Part shown: positions 14,776 to 30,679 of the stretch, piece after piece | Position numbering within the stretch: the stretch's first letter is position 1 | Layout of the letters: the number at the start of each line of letters is the position of its first letter | NCBI GenBank assembly: GCA_964016885.1 | Contig: OZ024748.1 | Location: forward strand, 930,001 to 994,000 | Origin: Eledone cirrhosa | Lineage: Eukaryota | Length of the DNA: 64,000 nucleotides | Reading direction: 5' to 3' | The notes under the pieces: model-generated | The model's database searches: none | Seen by the model: the letters and a program-made list of their open reading frames with translations, nothing else | What the model was told of the DNA's origin: nothing | Program-made: the position numbers and the translations under genes

Positions 14776-15628
<853 letters not shown>

Positions 15629-17026
15629 ATACATAACATAAGTATGCTGTTTGATCTATCTGTCTTTACTACCTAATATCTCTCTATACAATACATATAT
15701 AATATGTGAGCTAAAGCAATATAAATTCCACATTGTTCTAGCTTGTCATATATTTATGTATCATTTTCATATAGTTTTCATATAACTTAGAAAGAAAGAA
15801 GATATTGGTTTAACCCTGTTGTCATAGTGTTTGTATGTGTATGCACTGCTGAGTACATCATATATGTTAGAAATGCTGCCTCTTTCTGTCATGTCTATTT
15901 TCAATTATTATCAGTAAAGCTATGGTATGAAACCACTACCTTTCTAGTGATTTTCTCACACAGTGCTACTAAGCACCCTTTTCTCTTAATATATATATAT
16001 GTATATGTAATTTCAAGCTCGACACCTGCATTGTTTTATTCCAGCAATAATGCCTTACATATGTACCTTTCTGCTGGAGCTTATATGAAACTTAAAGTAA
16101 CATTTTTTGACAAGATTCTACATAAATATCAAATATATTATAGATATATCTTTGTTTTCCTCTGAAAAGAACACCAGCTTATATATATATATATATATTT
16201 CATTTTTATAGGATAATTTTCAACTTTTATTTATCGTGTATTGTTGTTAATATTTTAGCTTTTATTTAAATTATATATCTTTTAAAATCATCCTTTTTAT
16301 TATTACTCTTATTCTAGTTCTTAAGTTGTATGTATGTGTGTACGCATATGTTTGAGTATGTATGTATGCATATGTGTTTATGTATATTATACATGTGGGT
16401 GTGTATGTACATGTCTATATAAACATGAATATACTTTGAATTTTTTGTTTGTTTTTAAGAAGATTTAGTTGGATTTGTAAAGTGTTTTTATGGTGGCTGA
16501 TAGAATTATTGTTTTTGATATTAAATTCTCATTTTATTTTAAAAAATTTCTATTTTCCATTTTCCATAAATAATTTGAATTAGCTCAAACAGTCTTTTTT
16601 TTTTAAAAACAACATATTAATTGGTTACAAGTTTCTTAAATCTAAATTTACATCTCTAAATAGAATCATTTTGGTCACTGTTAATAATAATGATTTCTTT
16701 ATTAACCACAATAATAATAATAATAATAATAATTGTTTCTACTTTTGGCACAAGGCCAGCAATTACCTAGTACATTAGATCATTCTTGACTACTTGAAGA
16801 TAATTATTTCAGCTAGTTTCCAAAGTATGTTTAGTGTAAATTATATAGTTTCATGGAAAAGAAAAAAAAAGCCAATCATAATTCAAGGTTCTGAAAAATA
16901 TATTTTACTCTGTCGTATTTAGAAATTTCAAATACTTCATCAATATTCTTAGTAACAGTAATATTAATAAATACCTTCTTTAAATTATAACTCTATTATT
17001 GTGTCAAAAATAGGAACAATTATTAT

Positions 17027-17235
17027 TTGGCAGTATCAGTAGAGCATCGGACACCATGCTTTGCAGCATAGAGTTATGGTCCTTTATGTTCTAAGTTCAA
17101 GTCCCGCCGAGGTTAGTTTTGCCTTTCAACCTTACGGTTAATAAAATAAAGCACCAGTAATGCACTGGGGTCGATTTAATCGACTTCCCCTCCCCCAAAA
17201 TTACTGGCCTTGTGCCTATAATAGAAATTATTATT
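17027..17235 (+). mobile_element. SINE, second family, with (TTA)n tail
   Basis: Colinear with 12653-12845. Confidence 0.75.
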
Positions 17236-17501
17236 ATTATTACTATTATTGTTACTATTTGCGTGCATCTCTTCATTATTTTGTTGGATTTAAGTAAATA
17301 TTGCTCAAACTATATCATGTTTTTTTGTCCATTTACAATATTCTTGTAGAGAAATATTTTGTTGGGTGGTTGCAAACCTTTCTTTGCTTACCACCTAGTT
17401 CTGTGTGACTAGGTAAGCCATGATCCCAAATTTATGATCAGTCTGCTTTAGCTATATCTGACTTCTCTCCCGACCCTTTATTTCTCTCCAGACCACATTG
17501 C

Positions 17502-17544
<43 letters not shown>

Positions 17545-17638
17545 TGTATGTATATGTGCCATCTCATCTATCCACGTTGCTTCTTTCATATTTGCTTACC
17601 TTTTTTTATACATGCCATGTACATGTGTGTGTATGTGT

Positions 17639-17960
17639 GGGAAAGCGTATGGTTTAGTGGTTAGAGCATTCAGCTCATGAGTTCGATTCCTGGCGGTGCG
17701 TGGGGTCCTTGAGCAAGGCCATTTATTTCACATTGCTCCAGTCCACTCAGCTGGCAAAAAATAAGTTTAGCTGAAATTTAAAAGGCTAACCTTGTCTCAC
17801 ACACACTGTGTCCTGCTGAATCTCTGAGAACTACATTAAGGTTGCATGTGTATCTGTAGAATGTTCAGCCACTTGCATGTTAATTTCAGAAGCAGGTTGT
17901 TCCCTTGTTTTTGACAACTGGAGCACTCATTGTTGGAACTAATGGAGATCCAACACACAC
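17639..17960 (+). mobile_element. tRNA-derived CORE-type SINE
   Basis: tggtttagtggttagagc, gagttcgattcc, ccttgagcaaggccattt; 3' end approximate. Confidence 0.7.
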
Positions 17961-18260
17961 ATATACACACATATGGATGTGTGTATGTATGTATGTATAT
18001 AAAACCTGCGACTTCATTTGCATCCAATGGTGTTGACCTGTTCTTCTTTTTGTGGTAAATGCACTGATGTTCAGAGAGTGCAAAGCCTTTCCTCACTTAA
18101 AAAAGCTTCAAGCACAAGCATTGCTTGATATGTGGCATTCTTTTTGTGATGCATGATATAGCTGGCCATAGGCAAGTCCCTAGCTGGACTAAAAAGCGAC
18201 GTCCATGATGCTCATGCTTAAGTATCAAGAGATGGCATTACTCGAAATCGAGTTTGCAGC

Positions 18261-18323
<63 letters not shown>

Positions 18324-19322
18324 GTATGTATGTATATATCACTGCTTTACTCACCTACTTGTTTATGTTATGTTATATATATATATATATATACATCAAT
18401 CCAGAATATTCTGGAAGCATTTCTCCTCCTTACAACCTTGCAAGTGGTTGTTTCTTCCTTGTTGCATTTTTATAATAACAATCTTCTGCAGCATTTCTTT
18501 GCATCCCATATCTTTCCTTGTGCCTATGTTGTGATATGCAGTTCTTCAAATTATTCAACATGGAGATGGGATTTTTTTTTTAATTATTGTTATTGTTATC
18601 ACTATTTAGTCAATCTCTGAGATTAGAAACAATAACAGCTACAGCTAGTTACAGCTATTTACTCTGTATTGGCAGAAAAACTCCTCTTTCTCTCTACCTC
18701 TCTTTCTCTCTCTACCTCTCTTTATATATATATATATGTGTGTGTGTATCATAAATATATATCATGGATATAACTTTTCTAACCCATGCTAGTGTGGAGA
18801 AAATGGATGTTAAACAATGATGATATATATATATATATATATATATAGTGTGTGTGTATGTATAATATATGTGTGTATTCTGTGAGTGTATCATAATACA
18901 TCATAGATATAGTGCTTAATGTTTGTTGCACTTTTGACTTGTCCTTTTATTTTATTTTTTGTTTTTTCCCTCTTTTTTATTTATTGTGTTGCCCTTTATT
19001 TGTCAATATCCTAAATGTAGGCATTTTCCTTCCCCCTTTTTCACCTTGAAAATCCCATAATATAACTAACAAAAGCTGACCCCTCTTTTTATCATATCAT
19101 ATCATTCATTTTTGTATTTTATATGAAAGTTCTTTTTTTCTTTCTGTAACGGTCATTTAATTGCTCCCATGTTCCTCACTCTCTCATTGTGAGTGTGTAT
19201 ATATATATATATATAGCTTAACAGTATTGTCACCCTCTGTAGGAGAAATTTCACATTTATTTCTATTAAGAAAAAAGAATATATATAAATCTATATCAAA
19301 TAAGAAAGGACCCTTTAAAAGA

Positions 19323-19357
<35 letters not shown>

Positions 19358-19949
19358 GTAACTTTAAAATAGTTTCATGATCCTAATCATGGAATGAAAT
19401 GATTAAGGGAGGGTCAGAAGAATGTTAACTGAATTTAAGCCCTTTAGCTGATATCATCCACTGTTACACAGTTTTTTCTAACTGAGAATGGCACCATTTT
19501 CCAAGCTGTTTACAAGTATTATTACAGATATATTACAATTTCTATTTGGCAGCAAATTGGCAGAGTTCTTAAGACATTGTATTTGTTCTGATTCTCTGCA
19601 TTCTCCGAGTTCAAATCCATTCAGCATCAACTCTGCTGTTCATCCTTCCGAGATAAAAAAAAAAAAAAGAAGAATGTGCTAGTCCAGTATTGGAGTCAAC
19701 ACTTCCTCTATATAACTCTCTCTCTCTGGAAGATATCGAGTGAGTTCTGACCTGGAAAGGGAATGGGCTTTGCCAGGCTTAAAGTACCCAAGACATACCT
19801 ACATCTCTACAACTTTATCAAGAGTTACAGATCCATCCATGTGTCACAATTTCTTTATGAAATATATTAACTTTTATATTAGATCTTAATTCACCATCAT
19901 CATTCTCAGTCATCAACCCACCACAAGGGGAAGAACTCGCCAAGCTGGT

Positions 19950-20360
19950 ACCAACTGGTTATATCCTGTGCCACTTTCATCTATTTAATGTCTATGAAAT
20001 TATCCATCTCATTTTATTTTCCTCAACTACATGACCCTACTCCAGTTGTCTCCATTCTACACATAACTGTCCTCCTCCTATTGTCATTCATTCATGTCAC
20101 ATGTCTTCCCCACTTTCATTTTATATCCTGTACCTTTGTTTTCTTTCTTATCATCCATTGACAAGTTTTTCTGTCCTTTTTTGTGATTCCTAACTTGTAT
20201 TTTTCCCTGTTAATTAAATAATTACTTTATATAATTCATCTGGTAATCACCACCATTTGACATGATTGAAAATATTTCCAAGTGTAGTTTAGATGTATGT
20301 TGTTGAGAAATTGATATGAGAAGTCATTTCTTCACTACATGTATTCATTCTTTCCTAGAT
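19950..20360 (-). mobile_element. Highly decayed LINE (RTE-like) 3' fragment
   Basis: Minus-strand remnant resembling KWGRHVTR...WRQL; heavily degraded. Confidence 0.4.
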
Positions 20361-20372
20361 GGTCTTCTATGG

Positions 20373-20574
20373 CTGGCATGTCAAACTGAGGGTCCCCCAA
20401 GGGCCACATGAGTCACATATGTGTTGTCTGAGGGCCACACACGACAGCTAATTGCACACATTGCAACTAATTTTTTTTCGTTTTATATTACAAAGATAAA
20501 ATATACTCGCTCTGTAAAAATCTTTGTGCAGGTCACTAGTATGCTTGTAAAGGGTCGCATGTTTGATATGCCTG
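20373..20574. mobile_element. hAT-type MITE
   Basis: TIRs ctggcatgtcaaac / gtttgatatgcctg with a perfect 8-bp target-site duplication TTCTATGG on both sides. Confidence 0.85.
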
Positions 20575-20589
20575 TTCTATGGGATATGG

Positions 20590-20649
20590 CACATCCATAG
20601 ATATAGATATATATATATATTTATATATTTATATATATATTTATATATA

Positions 20650-20724
<75 letters not shown>

Positions 20725-21099
20725 ATATTTATATATATATATATATATAAATATATTTATATATATATATTTATATATATATATTTATATATATAAATAT
20801 TTATATTTATATATATATATTTATATATATAAATATTTATATTTATATATATTTATATATATATATATTTATATTTATATATATATATATTTATTTATAT
20901 ATATATATATATTTATAGATATTTATATATATATATTTATATATATATATTTATATATATATTTATATATATATTTATATATATTTATATATATATATAT
21001 TTATATTTATATTTATATATATATATATATATATTTATGTATATTTATATATATATATATATTTATGTATATTTATATATATATATATATTTATATATT

Positions 21100-21130
<31 letters not shown>

Positions 21131-21147
21131 ATATATTTATATATATT

Positions 21148-21180
<33 letters not shown>

Positions 21181-21229
21181 ATTTATGTATATTTATATAT
21201 TTATGTATATTTATATATTTATGTATATT

Positions 21230-21260
<31 letters not shown>

Positions 21261-21275
21261 ATATTTATGTATATT

Positions 21276-21306
<31 letters not shown>

Positions 21307-21430
21307 ATATATTTATATATATTTATATATATATATATATATTTATATATATTTATATATATATATATATGTATATATTTATATATATATTTATATATAT
21401 ATTTATATATATATATATTTATATTTATAT
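20590..21430. repeat. (TA)n microsatellite with TT interruptions
   Basis: Direct reading. Confidence 0.95.
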
Positions 21431-22893
21431 ATCATCATCATCATCATCATCATCATTTTACGTCCGCTTTTCCCTGCTTGCAAGGGTGGGACGGGTCTTA
21501 TTCAGCACAGCATCTCTCCACTCGTCACGGTCCCTCGTCATCTCCACCGTGAGCTTCAATGATCTGAGGTCTGTTCTCACCACCTCCGCCCATGTTTTTC
21601 GTGGTCTACCTCTACCACGTCTTCCTTCAACTGGCATTTCCTGGCACTTCTTCACCCATCGGTCATCCTCCATGCGCATCACATGTCCATACCACCTCGG
21701 TCTCCTCTCCCGTACACTACATTCTATCCCTCTCAGACACAGTTTCTCTCTCAACACATTTATGCTGGGTCGTTCACGCACATTTACACTGCACATCCAA
21801 CGGAGCATGCTTGCCTCATTTCTCTCCAGCCGTCGCATATCTTCTGCGGTAGCTGCCCATGTCTCACTACCATGCAGCATCGCGCTCCTCACACAGGCAT
21901 CATACAACCGGCCTTTCGTACGCAGGGAGAAACCCTTCTTCGTCAACAGAGGAAGCAGCTCCCTAAACTTCTTCCAACCCGTCCTTATTCTAGATACTAT
22001 GGCCTCGGAACACCCTCCTCCCATGCTAATCTGATCTCCTAGGTACTGGAAGCTATCCACCACTTCTATAGCGCCCTCTCGCATTTGAAAAATGTGTCTA
22101 TCAGTGCGACTTCTACTGTCTAATTTCCCTGTACATCTACTGCATACATATTTCTCCCTACCTGTTAGTTTGCCTGCTATCCCGCTACATCTCTTGTGTA
22201 CCCAGGACCTACATTGTGTGCATTTTATAGAATTTATGCCAGTTCCTTTTCTGCATATCGAACATGGCCATTTCCCTGACGGAATCAGGGTTTTGTCCTC
22301 TTTTCTACTCATCAACACTTTTGTCTTAGCTAGATTTACTCTCAGTCCTCTTGCTTCCAACTGCTGTTTCCATAGCCGGAATTTATTCTCTAGCTCCTCT
22401 ACTGATTCTGCCATAAGAGCCAGATCGTCAGCATAGAGAAGTTCCCATGGACAGCCAGTCTTAAACTCCTCTGTTATGGCTTGGAGGACTATAATGAACA
22501 AGAGCGGGCTGAGGACCGAATTCTGATGTACTCCTACTTGTATCTGGAATTCCTCACTAAACTCCATTCCTACCCTGACTTTACTCAGAGTACCTCTGTA
22601 CAAAGTTTGCACTGTCCTTACAAGCCATTCCTCAACACCCAGCTTCCTTAGGGACCACCAGATGACAGATCGGGGTACCCTATCAAAGGCCTTCTCTAGG
22701 TCAACAAAGGCTAAGTATAGTGGCTTATTCTTCTCTAAGAACCTCTCTTGCAATTGTCTCACCAAGAAGAGGGCATCTGTTGTACTCTTCCCAGGCACAA
22801 AACCAAACTGCATCTCATCTAGTTTGACCCTTTCTCTAATTAGTTGTGCTAAAATCCTTTCTGCCACTTTCATAACCTGATCTATCAGTTTTA
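21431..22893 (-). mobile_element. RTE-clade LINE, 5'-truncated and young; uninterrupted 471-aa C-terminal part of ORF2 (RT plus PHD-like finger)
   Basis: RT motifs QFGFVPGKST, FVDLEKAFD, LLYADD, FQYLGD; RTE-type C-terminus RWYGHVMR and GRRGRGRP; (TGA)n tail; embedded in (TA)n on both sides. Confidence 0.95.
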
Positions 22894-22913
22894 TATTTAT
22901 ATATTTATATTTT

Positions 22914-22970
<57 letters not shown>

Positions 22971-23017
22971 ATATATATTTATATATGTATATATATATTT
23001 ATATATATTTATATATG

Positions 23018-23058
<41 letters not shown>

Positions 23059-23097
23059 GTATGTAAATATATATATTTGTATATATATGTATATTTA

Positions 23098-23128
<31 letters not shown>

Positions 23129-23145
23129 ATATTTATATATGTATG

Positions 23146-23176
<31 letters not shown>

Positions 23177-23351
23177 TTATATATATATTTATATATATAT
23201 GTATATATATATTTATATGTATATATATATGTATATTTATATGTATGTATATATATATTTATATGTATATATATATATATTTATATGTATGTATATATAT
23301 ATTTATATGTATATTTATATATATTTATATATATATATATTTATATATATT

Positions 23352-23382
<31 letters not shown>

Positions 23383-23443
23383 TTATATATATATGTATAT
23401 ATATATTTATATGTGTATATATATTTATATGTATATATATGTA

Positions 23444-23512
<69 letters not shown>

Positions 23513-23551
23513 TTATATATATATATATATTTATATATATATGTATATATG

Positions 23552-23628
<77 letters not shown>

Positions 23629-23637
23629 TTATATATG

Positions 23638-23696
<59 letters not shown>

Positions 23697-23721
23697 GTAT
23701 ATATATATGTATATATATATG

Positions 23722-23754
<33 letters not shown>

Positions 23755-23801
23755 GTATATATATATATGTGTATATATGTATATATATGTGTATATATGT
23801 G

Positions 23802-23834
<33 letters not shown>

Positions 23835-23862
23835 TTATATGTATATATGTATATATATACAT
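22894..23862. repeat. (TA)n microsatellite with TT/TG interruptions
   Basis: Direct reading. Confidence 0.95.
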
Positions 23863-23864
23863 GT

Positions 23865-24419
23865 AAAGTTATATTTAAAATTGTTGGGTTACAACTAGTA
23901 AATATTTATAACTGATATAAAAGCACTCGACAAATACTTGGAGTATATTTACAATATTAAATAAATGGAAAACTATATTTATAAAACCATATTTATTTCA
24001 TTATATATATTTCGGGGATATCATATTAACAATATGCTATGCCTTCATCAGACAAAATACAATATAAACAGTTTTATAGATAAATATATTCGACATACCG
24101 TAATAAACATCAACTTCATTTGAAGAGGTTCACTCTAGCAGTGAAAATACAGAGAGAAAGAAAGAGAGAGAGAAAAGAGGGAAATAAGAAAGAAAAAAAG
24201 AAAGACAAAACGAAGAAAAGGAAGAAAAAGAAGAAATGCATGGGACAAAATAGAGAGATGGAAAAATAGATAAAGCGAAGAGCTTCATGTAAAGAGACCG
24301 AAAGAGATATATATATATATAGAGAGAGAGAGGAAATAGAGATAGATACATATATAAATATAGATATAGAAAAATTAGGTAGTGGGAGGTCATTTTGAGT
24401 AAGTGTATCAATGATGCAT

Positions 24420-24454
<35 letters not shown>

Positions 24455-26245
24455 GCTCAAGTATTAATGTAAGGGAGATATATAGAGAGATATAGAGAGA
24501 GAAAAATTTAAAAATAGCCAGACATATTCGAGGCGTAGAAAACCCTATGTTTTAATGTATTAGTATTTATAAAACTTACACTATATTGTAAATATCAGTA
24601 TTCCTGAATGAAACAAGTATTCACAATGCGTGAAAATTCATTATCTTATGTTTAGTTTTTTTAAAAAAATTCATATGTCTATGTGAATCCAACTGATTCA
24701 CTCCGCAAATTCAAAGTTACCGGAAAACATTCTCAATGTGGTATAAAAATTTGAGCGTATTATTATTCTCTACAAGATTATCTATCAAGCAGAAATAGAG
24801 AGCAGATTTCAATATACTAATCGAAAATATATATTATATTATAAGCAGAGATAACAATAATAATGATAATAAGTAAAAATATATAAAAATATAAAAATAT
24901 AGAATAGAAAACTAAAAAAGAATATTACGAAAGAATATTACATAATAAAAATATTGCATATTAAAAATACTACGTATTAAAAATATTACGTATTAAAACA
25001 ATGTGGTATAAAAATATTAAAAATAAACTTACATATAAAAATATTAAAAATAAAAATAAAATAAAATAAAAAATAAAAAACAAAAATATAAAAATATTAT
25101 AGAATACTACAATACTAAAAGAATAAAAATAAAAGTAAACCACAAAGAACAACCCTTCAAGGTTAATTGACAATATATTGCCAAGTTCACTACAAGACAA
25201 AGCCAAAAATTATCTATCAAATCACATCTAGCAAGGAATATCGCAAAAAAGATTATGATGTCCAATAATGTCTACATATGTTCCTATATTTAATATATAA
25301 GTTTATCAAGTGTAAGGTTAATTCAGAAAATTTGGAGCATCGGCTTTTAGGGTAGCTTAATTTTTCATGAGGAATGTTTAGATAAAAATAAAAATAAATA
25401 AAATAAAATAAACAATAAAAAGAGTAAAAAGAGGGAATCAAAGATTTAGGAATCAAAAGATTTATCGGCTAGTTCTCATATAAATATAAATCAAACTAAA
25501 TATACTACATTTTAAATTTAAATTTATATTTAAACGTTGAGTTTAATCTATGTTTGCAACAACTGAATAAATTTGTCCGTAGGTTAAGGGAATTTTTAGA
25601 TTTTAGTATAAAGAATATCTCCTCTGCGCAGAGGTCACATGTCTCAGAGGATGAATTAAAAGGAATCCCTCTTGAGACTATATTCCAAGCCGTCGAATAT
25701 CTAACGTTATCTAGCTTAAGTTGCCAGAGTACACCTGATAGTGCCGTTGAAGATTTTTTATTTGGATCTGTGAAAGAATTCTTGTGGTTATTATAGCGAA
25801 GTTTAAATTCCGTCGATGTGGAACCGATGTAGTTAAAAGAATTAGAGTCAGTATTAACATTACAATTGTATACTATATTTTTAACTAAGCAGTTGTTATT
25901 TAACGGACATTTAGATCTATCTCTACAGTTACATTTGTTAACTTGTATATTATTTATGCTATTATCAGTAGGTTTTAAGTTCCTATTATTTATTCTATTA
26001 ATATTTTGTGCTAAATTTTTGGTGGATGAGTAGGTTAATTTAATTGTATGCCTATTGAAGATTGAGTGGTACCTATGTGTTCTAGGGAAGCGATTATCAA
26101 GAGCTTTGAAAAATAATTTAGCGATGTGCGTTTTAATGTTTAGTGAGAAAGGGGGGGCAAACCAAATTATGTTCCTAGTTCTATTTCTTTTTTGTCCTTT
26201 GGAATTATTGTAATGCTTTCTATTATAGTTGTTAATGTTGTTGCC
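23865..26245 (-). mobile_element. Penelope-like element (probably Naiad clade), 5'-truncated: thumb/linker plus GIY-YIG endonuclease (25505-26245), long AT-rich 3' region and hammerhead-bearing pLTR
   Basis: RNIIWFAPPFS...SIFNRHTIKLTYS, CNCRDRSKC (CxCx5C) linker, NIVY...YIGST...RYNNH, CDLC...E and terminal CCKH; hammerhead motif at 23994-24059 on the same strand; ends in (TA)n. Confidence 0.85.
23994..24059 (-). ncRNA. Minimal type I hammerhead ribozyme in the Penelope/Naiad pLTR
   Basis: UAUUUUGU-CUGAUGA-stem II (14 bp, 3 mismatches)-GAAA-UAUAUA-UA-AUGAAAUA; stem I is 8 bp with two G-U pairs. Confidence 0.75.
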
Positions 26246-26334
26246 ATAATTAAAAAAGTTGTTACTTTGTTTAGTTTGTTTATCATTATCTATGTATATA
26301 TATATATATTTATATGTATATATATATATATTAT

Positions 26335-26673
26335 GGAGGCACATGGCTTAGTGGTTAGAGCATTGGCCTTACAATCGAAAGGTTGTGAGTTCAATTCTCG
26401 GACCGAGTGATGTGTTGTTTCCTTGAGCAAGACACTTTATTTCACATTGCTCCAGTTTACTCAGCTGTAGAAATGAGATGATAGGGACTGGGGTCCATAT
26501 CATACCACTGCCAAGTGGTCGTGGAGGTGCCACGGTAAAAAAGCACCCAGCACCCACTGTAAATGAGGTTGGTGTTAGGAAGGGCATCCAGCTGTAGAAA
26601 TCAAGCCAGCATCAGTTCCCGTCCCACCCTTGCAAGCAGGGAAAAAGTGGACGTAAAATGAAATGATGATGAT
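26335..26673 (+). mobile_element. tRNA-derived CORE-type SINE with an RTE-derived 3' tail
   Basis: Box A tggcttagtgg, box B gagttcaattc, CORE-like ccttgagcaagacacttt; 26618-26673 matches the 3' end of the RTE LINE including (TGA)n. Confidence 0.85.
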
Positions 26674-27838
<1,165 letters not shown>

Positions 27839-27974
27839 TTGCGAGGTTTTTTATATGAAATCGTGTGTCGAAACAAATATTGTTATACTTGGGGAGGGTC
27901 ATATTTGTGTAATATTGCCAGAATTAATAACAGAACACACTCACTGTTTCGTTGGTTTTCGCTTTTCGCTTCTG

Positions 27975-28379
27975 TGTCTTTTATATCGGTAATCTAATTT
28001 ATTTGGTCCTCAATGTTGCCATTGACTGACCGACGGTCAAAAATATTACAGATACAATATAGACACAAACACATATATATAGTGTATCAAAGTTCTTTCG
28101 TTGCACATCTGCAACATCGCCAGTGGTGCTATTGTTTCCTCCCGTTACATTGTATGTCTAGGCCATTTTTGTTTAGTCTCAATAAAAATGGCGTAGACAT
28201 ACAATGTAACGGGAGGAAACAATAGCACCACTGACGATGTTGCAGATGTGCAACGAAAGAACATTGATAAACTATATATATGTGTTTGTGTCTATATTGT
28301 ATCTGTATTATTTTTGACCGTCGGTCAGTCAATGGCAACATTGAGGACCAAATAAATTAGATTACCGATATAAAAGACA
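27975..28379. repeat. 405-bp near-perfect palindrome (about 200-bp arms)
   Basis: Centre at 28177; mirrored ORFs 28013-28225(+) and 28129-28341(-) encode almost the same peptide. Confidence 0.97.
28225..28270 (+). ncRNA. Degenerate hammerhead motif inside the 405-bp palindrome; mirror copy in the left arm
   Basis: CUGACGA-U-GUUGCA-GAUG-UGCAAC-GAAA; stems I and III eroded. Confidence 0.4.
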
Positions 28380-28383
28380 TATA

Positions 28384-29035
28384 AATTTATTGACACGTGT
28401 TTCAATAACAGTTACATAACCTGAAAACAGCTGCTATCTACAAAGTATTAATTATGCAGACACTCAATATTTCAATGTTATTATCAACTATCATTTCATC
28501 AGAATAATTTTATTGAGAACCTGTTTGGTTTTTATAGAGAATATTAAGAGGGAGGGGTGAAGATGTTAGAAGAATAGTTAAGGGAGTGGATAGAGATTTT
28601 TTTGATAGCAGTGAGAATTTTTGGTAGCAGTGAGTAATTAGATTCCCATCTGTTGTTTTGACATTTTTATAGAATACATTATTTGGCGTTGGTTATTTTT
28701 TTAAATCTATAGAAGGATTAGAGACAGTAAAGATATGCATGGTTGGTTTTGTGTTTGCACTTAATTAACATACAGACTTAAATTTTTCTTTCGCCCACAC
28801 ATTCATACACAAACATATATGCACAACTCTACAAAATACATACACTCACATATACATACTTACATGCTCATACTTATATACATATATACCTGCACACATA
28901 TATATATACATATATATACACATATATATGTACACACATACGCATTCATGTATATACATTTTCATACTCAACTTATCTTCATATACACACGTATAGACAC
29001 ACACATATATACATACATACTCCTGTCTATGTGTA

Positions 29036-29089
<54 letters not shown>

Positions 29090-29526
29090 CACTTTAATAC
29101 ATGAATACACATACATCTAACTATCCACATCAAACATATATATATATATTTACTTATTTATATACTTTTTTCACATATATATACATACATATGGTCGCTT
29201 TTAGACACATTCATTATAGCATATTAGCACCTATTCTCATCAGCCTATCTATCCATTATTAGTGTGGTAATTTAAGGTTATTAATATACATATATATGTT
29301 GAGAAGAGATTGTTTTTATATTTTTCTAACTAGATTGAGGTTTATATAGTTGGGGGGATGTCCCTCTTTTATGTAATATTCAGCTTGTAGTGGGAAATAA
29401 AATTATTCTGATGAAATGATAGTTGATAATAACATTGAAATATTGAGTGTCTGCATAATTAATACTTTGTAGATAGCAGCTGTTTTCAGGTTATGTAACT
29501 GTTATTGAAACACGTGTCAATAAATT
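28384..29526. repeat. Inverted repeat pair with 131-bp arms (28384-28514 and 29396-29526), about 880-bp spacer
   Basis: Arms read as exact reverse complements (aatttattgacacgtg...tcagaataattttatt). Confidence 0.95.
29401..29460 (+). ncRNA. Degenerate hammerhead motif; mirror copy on the minus strand at 28450-28509
   Basis: CUGAUGA-AAUG...CAUU-GAAA-UAUUGAGU-GUC; stem I only partly paired (AAUUAU/AUAAUU). Confidence 0.5.
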
Positions 29527-29557
29527 CCTTTTAACTGAACTGTATCCATTTAAATCC

Positions 29558-29560
<3 letters not shown>

Positions 29561-29605
<45 letters not shown>

Positions 29606-29628
29606 ATATTTATATATATTTATATATT

Positions 29629-29659
<31 letters not shown>

Positions 29660-29786
29660 ATTTATATATATATATATTTATATATTTATATATATATTTA
29701 TATATATATATATTTATATATATATATATTTATATATATTTATATATATATATATTTATATATATATATTTATATATATATATATT

Positions 29787-29821
<35 letters not shown>

Positions 29822-29824
29822 ATT

Positions 29825-29857
<33 letters not shown>

Positions 29858-29872
29858 ATTTATATATATATA

Positions 29873-29929
<57 letters not shown>

Positions 29930-29970
29930 TTATATATATATTTATATATATATTTATATATATATATATT

Positions 29971-30001
<31 letters not shown>

Positions 30002-30018
30002 ATATTTATATATATATT

Positions 30019-30051
<33 letters not shown>

Positions 30052-30148
30052 ATTTATATATATATATATTTATATATATATATATTTATATATATATATA
30101 TTTATATATATATATTTTTATATATATATATTTATATATATATATATT

Positions 30149-30187
<39 letters not shown>

Positions 30188-30372
30188 ATTTATATATATA
30201 TATATTTATATATATATTTATATATATATATATTTATATATATTTATATATATTTATATATATTTATATATATATATATTTATATATATATTTATATATA
30301 TATATATTTATATATATTTATATATATTTATATATATATATATTTATATATATTTATATATATTTATATATA

Positions 30373-30417
<45 letters not shown>

Positions 30418-30468
30418 TTATATATATATTTATATATATATTTATATATATATATTTATATATATATT

Positions 30469-30503
<35 letters not shown>

Positions 30504-30532
30504 TTATATATATATATATATTTATATATATT

Positions 30533-30565
<33 letters not shown>

Positions 30566-30679
30566 TTATATATATATTTATATATATATATATATTTATA
30601 TATATTTATATATATATATATTTATATATATATATTTATATATATTTATATATATATATATTTATATATATATATTTAT
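29561..30679. repeat. (TA)n microsatellite of pure A/T
   Basis: Direct reading. Confidence 0.95.

Noticed and set aside
25505-26245. Possible selenocysteine (UGA) recoding as reported for some Naiad elements
   Set aside because: The frame has no in-frame TGA; the cysteines are ordinary codons.
26335-26410. tRNA gene (also 27655-27729 and 17639-17700)
   Set aside because: Cloverleaf is imperfect and continues into SINE core sequence; these are SINE heads.
28013-28341. Two near-identical 70-aa ORFs on opposite strands (similarly the self-mirroring ORF at 46556-46756)
   Set aside because: A consequence of the palindrome; no recognisable protein features.
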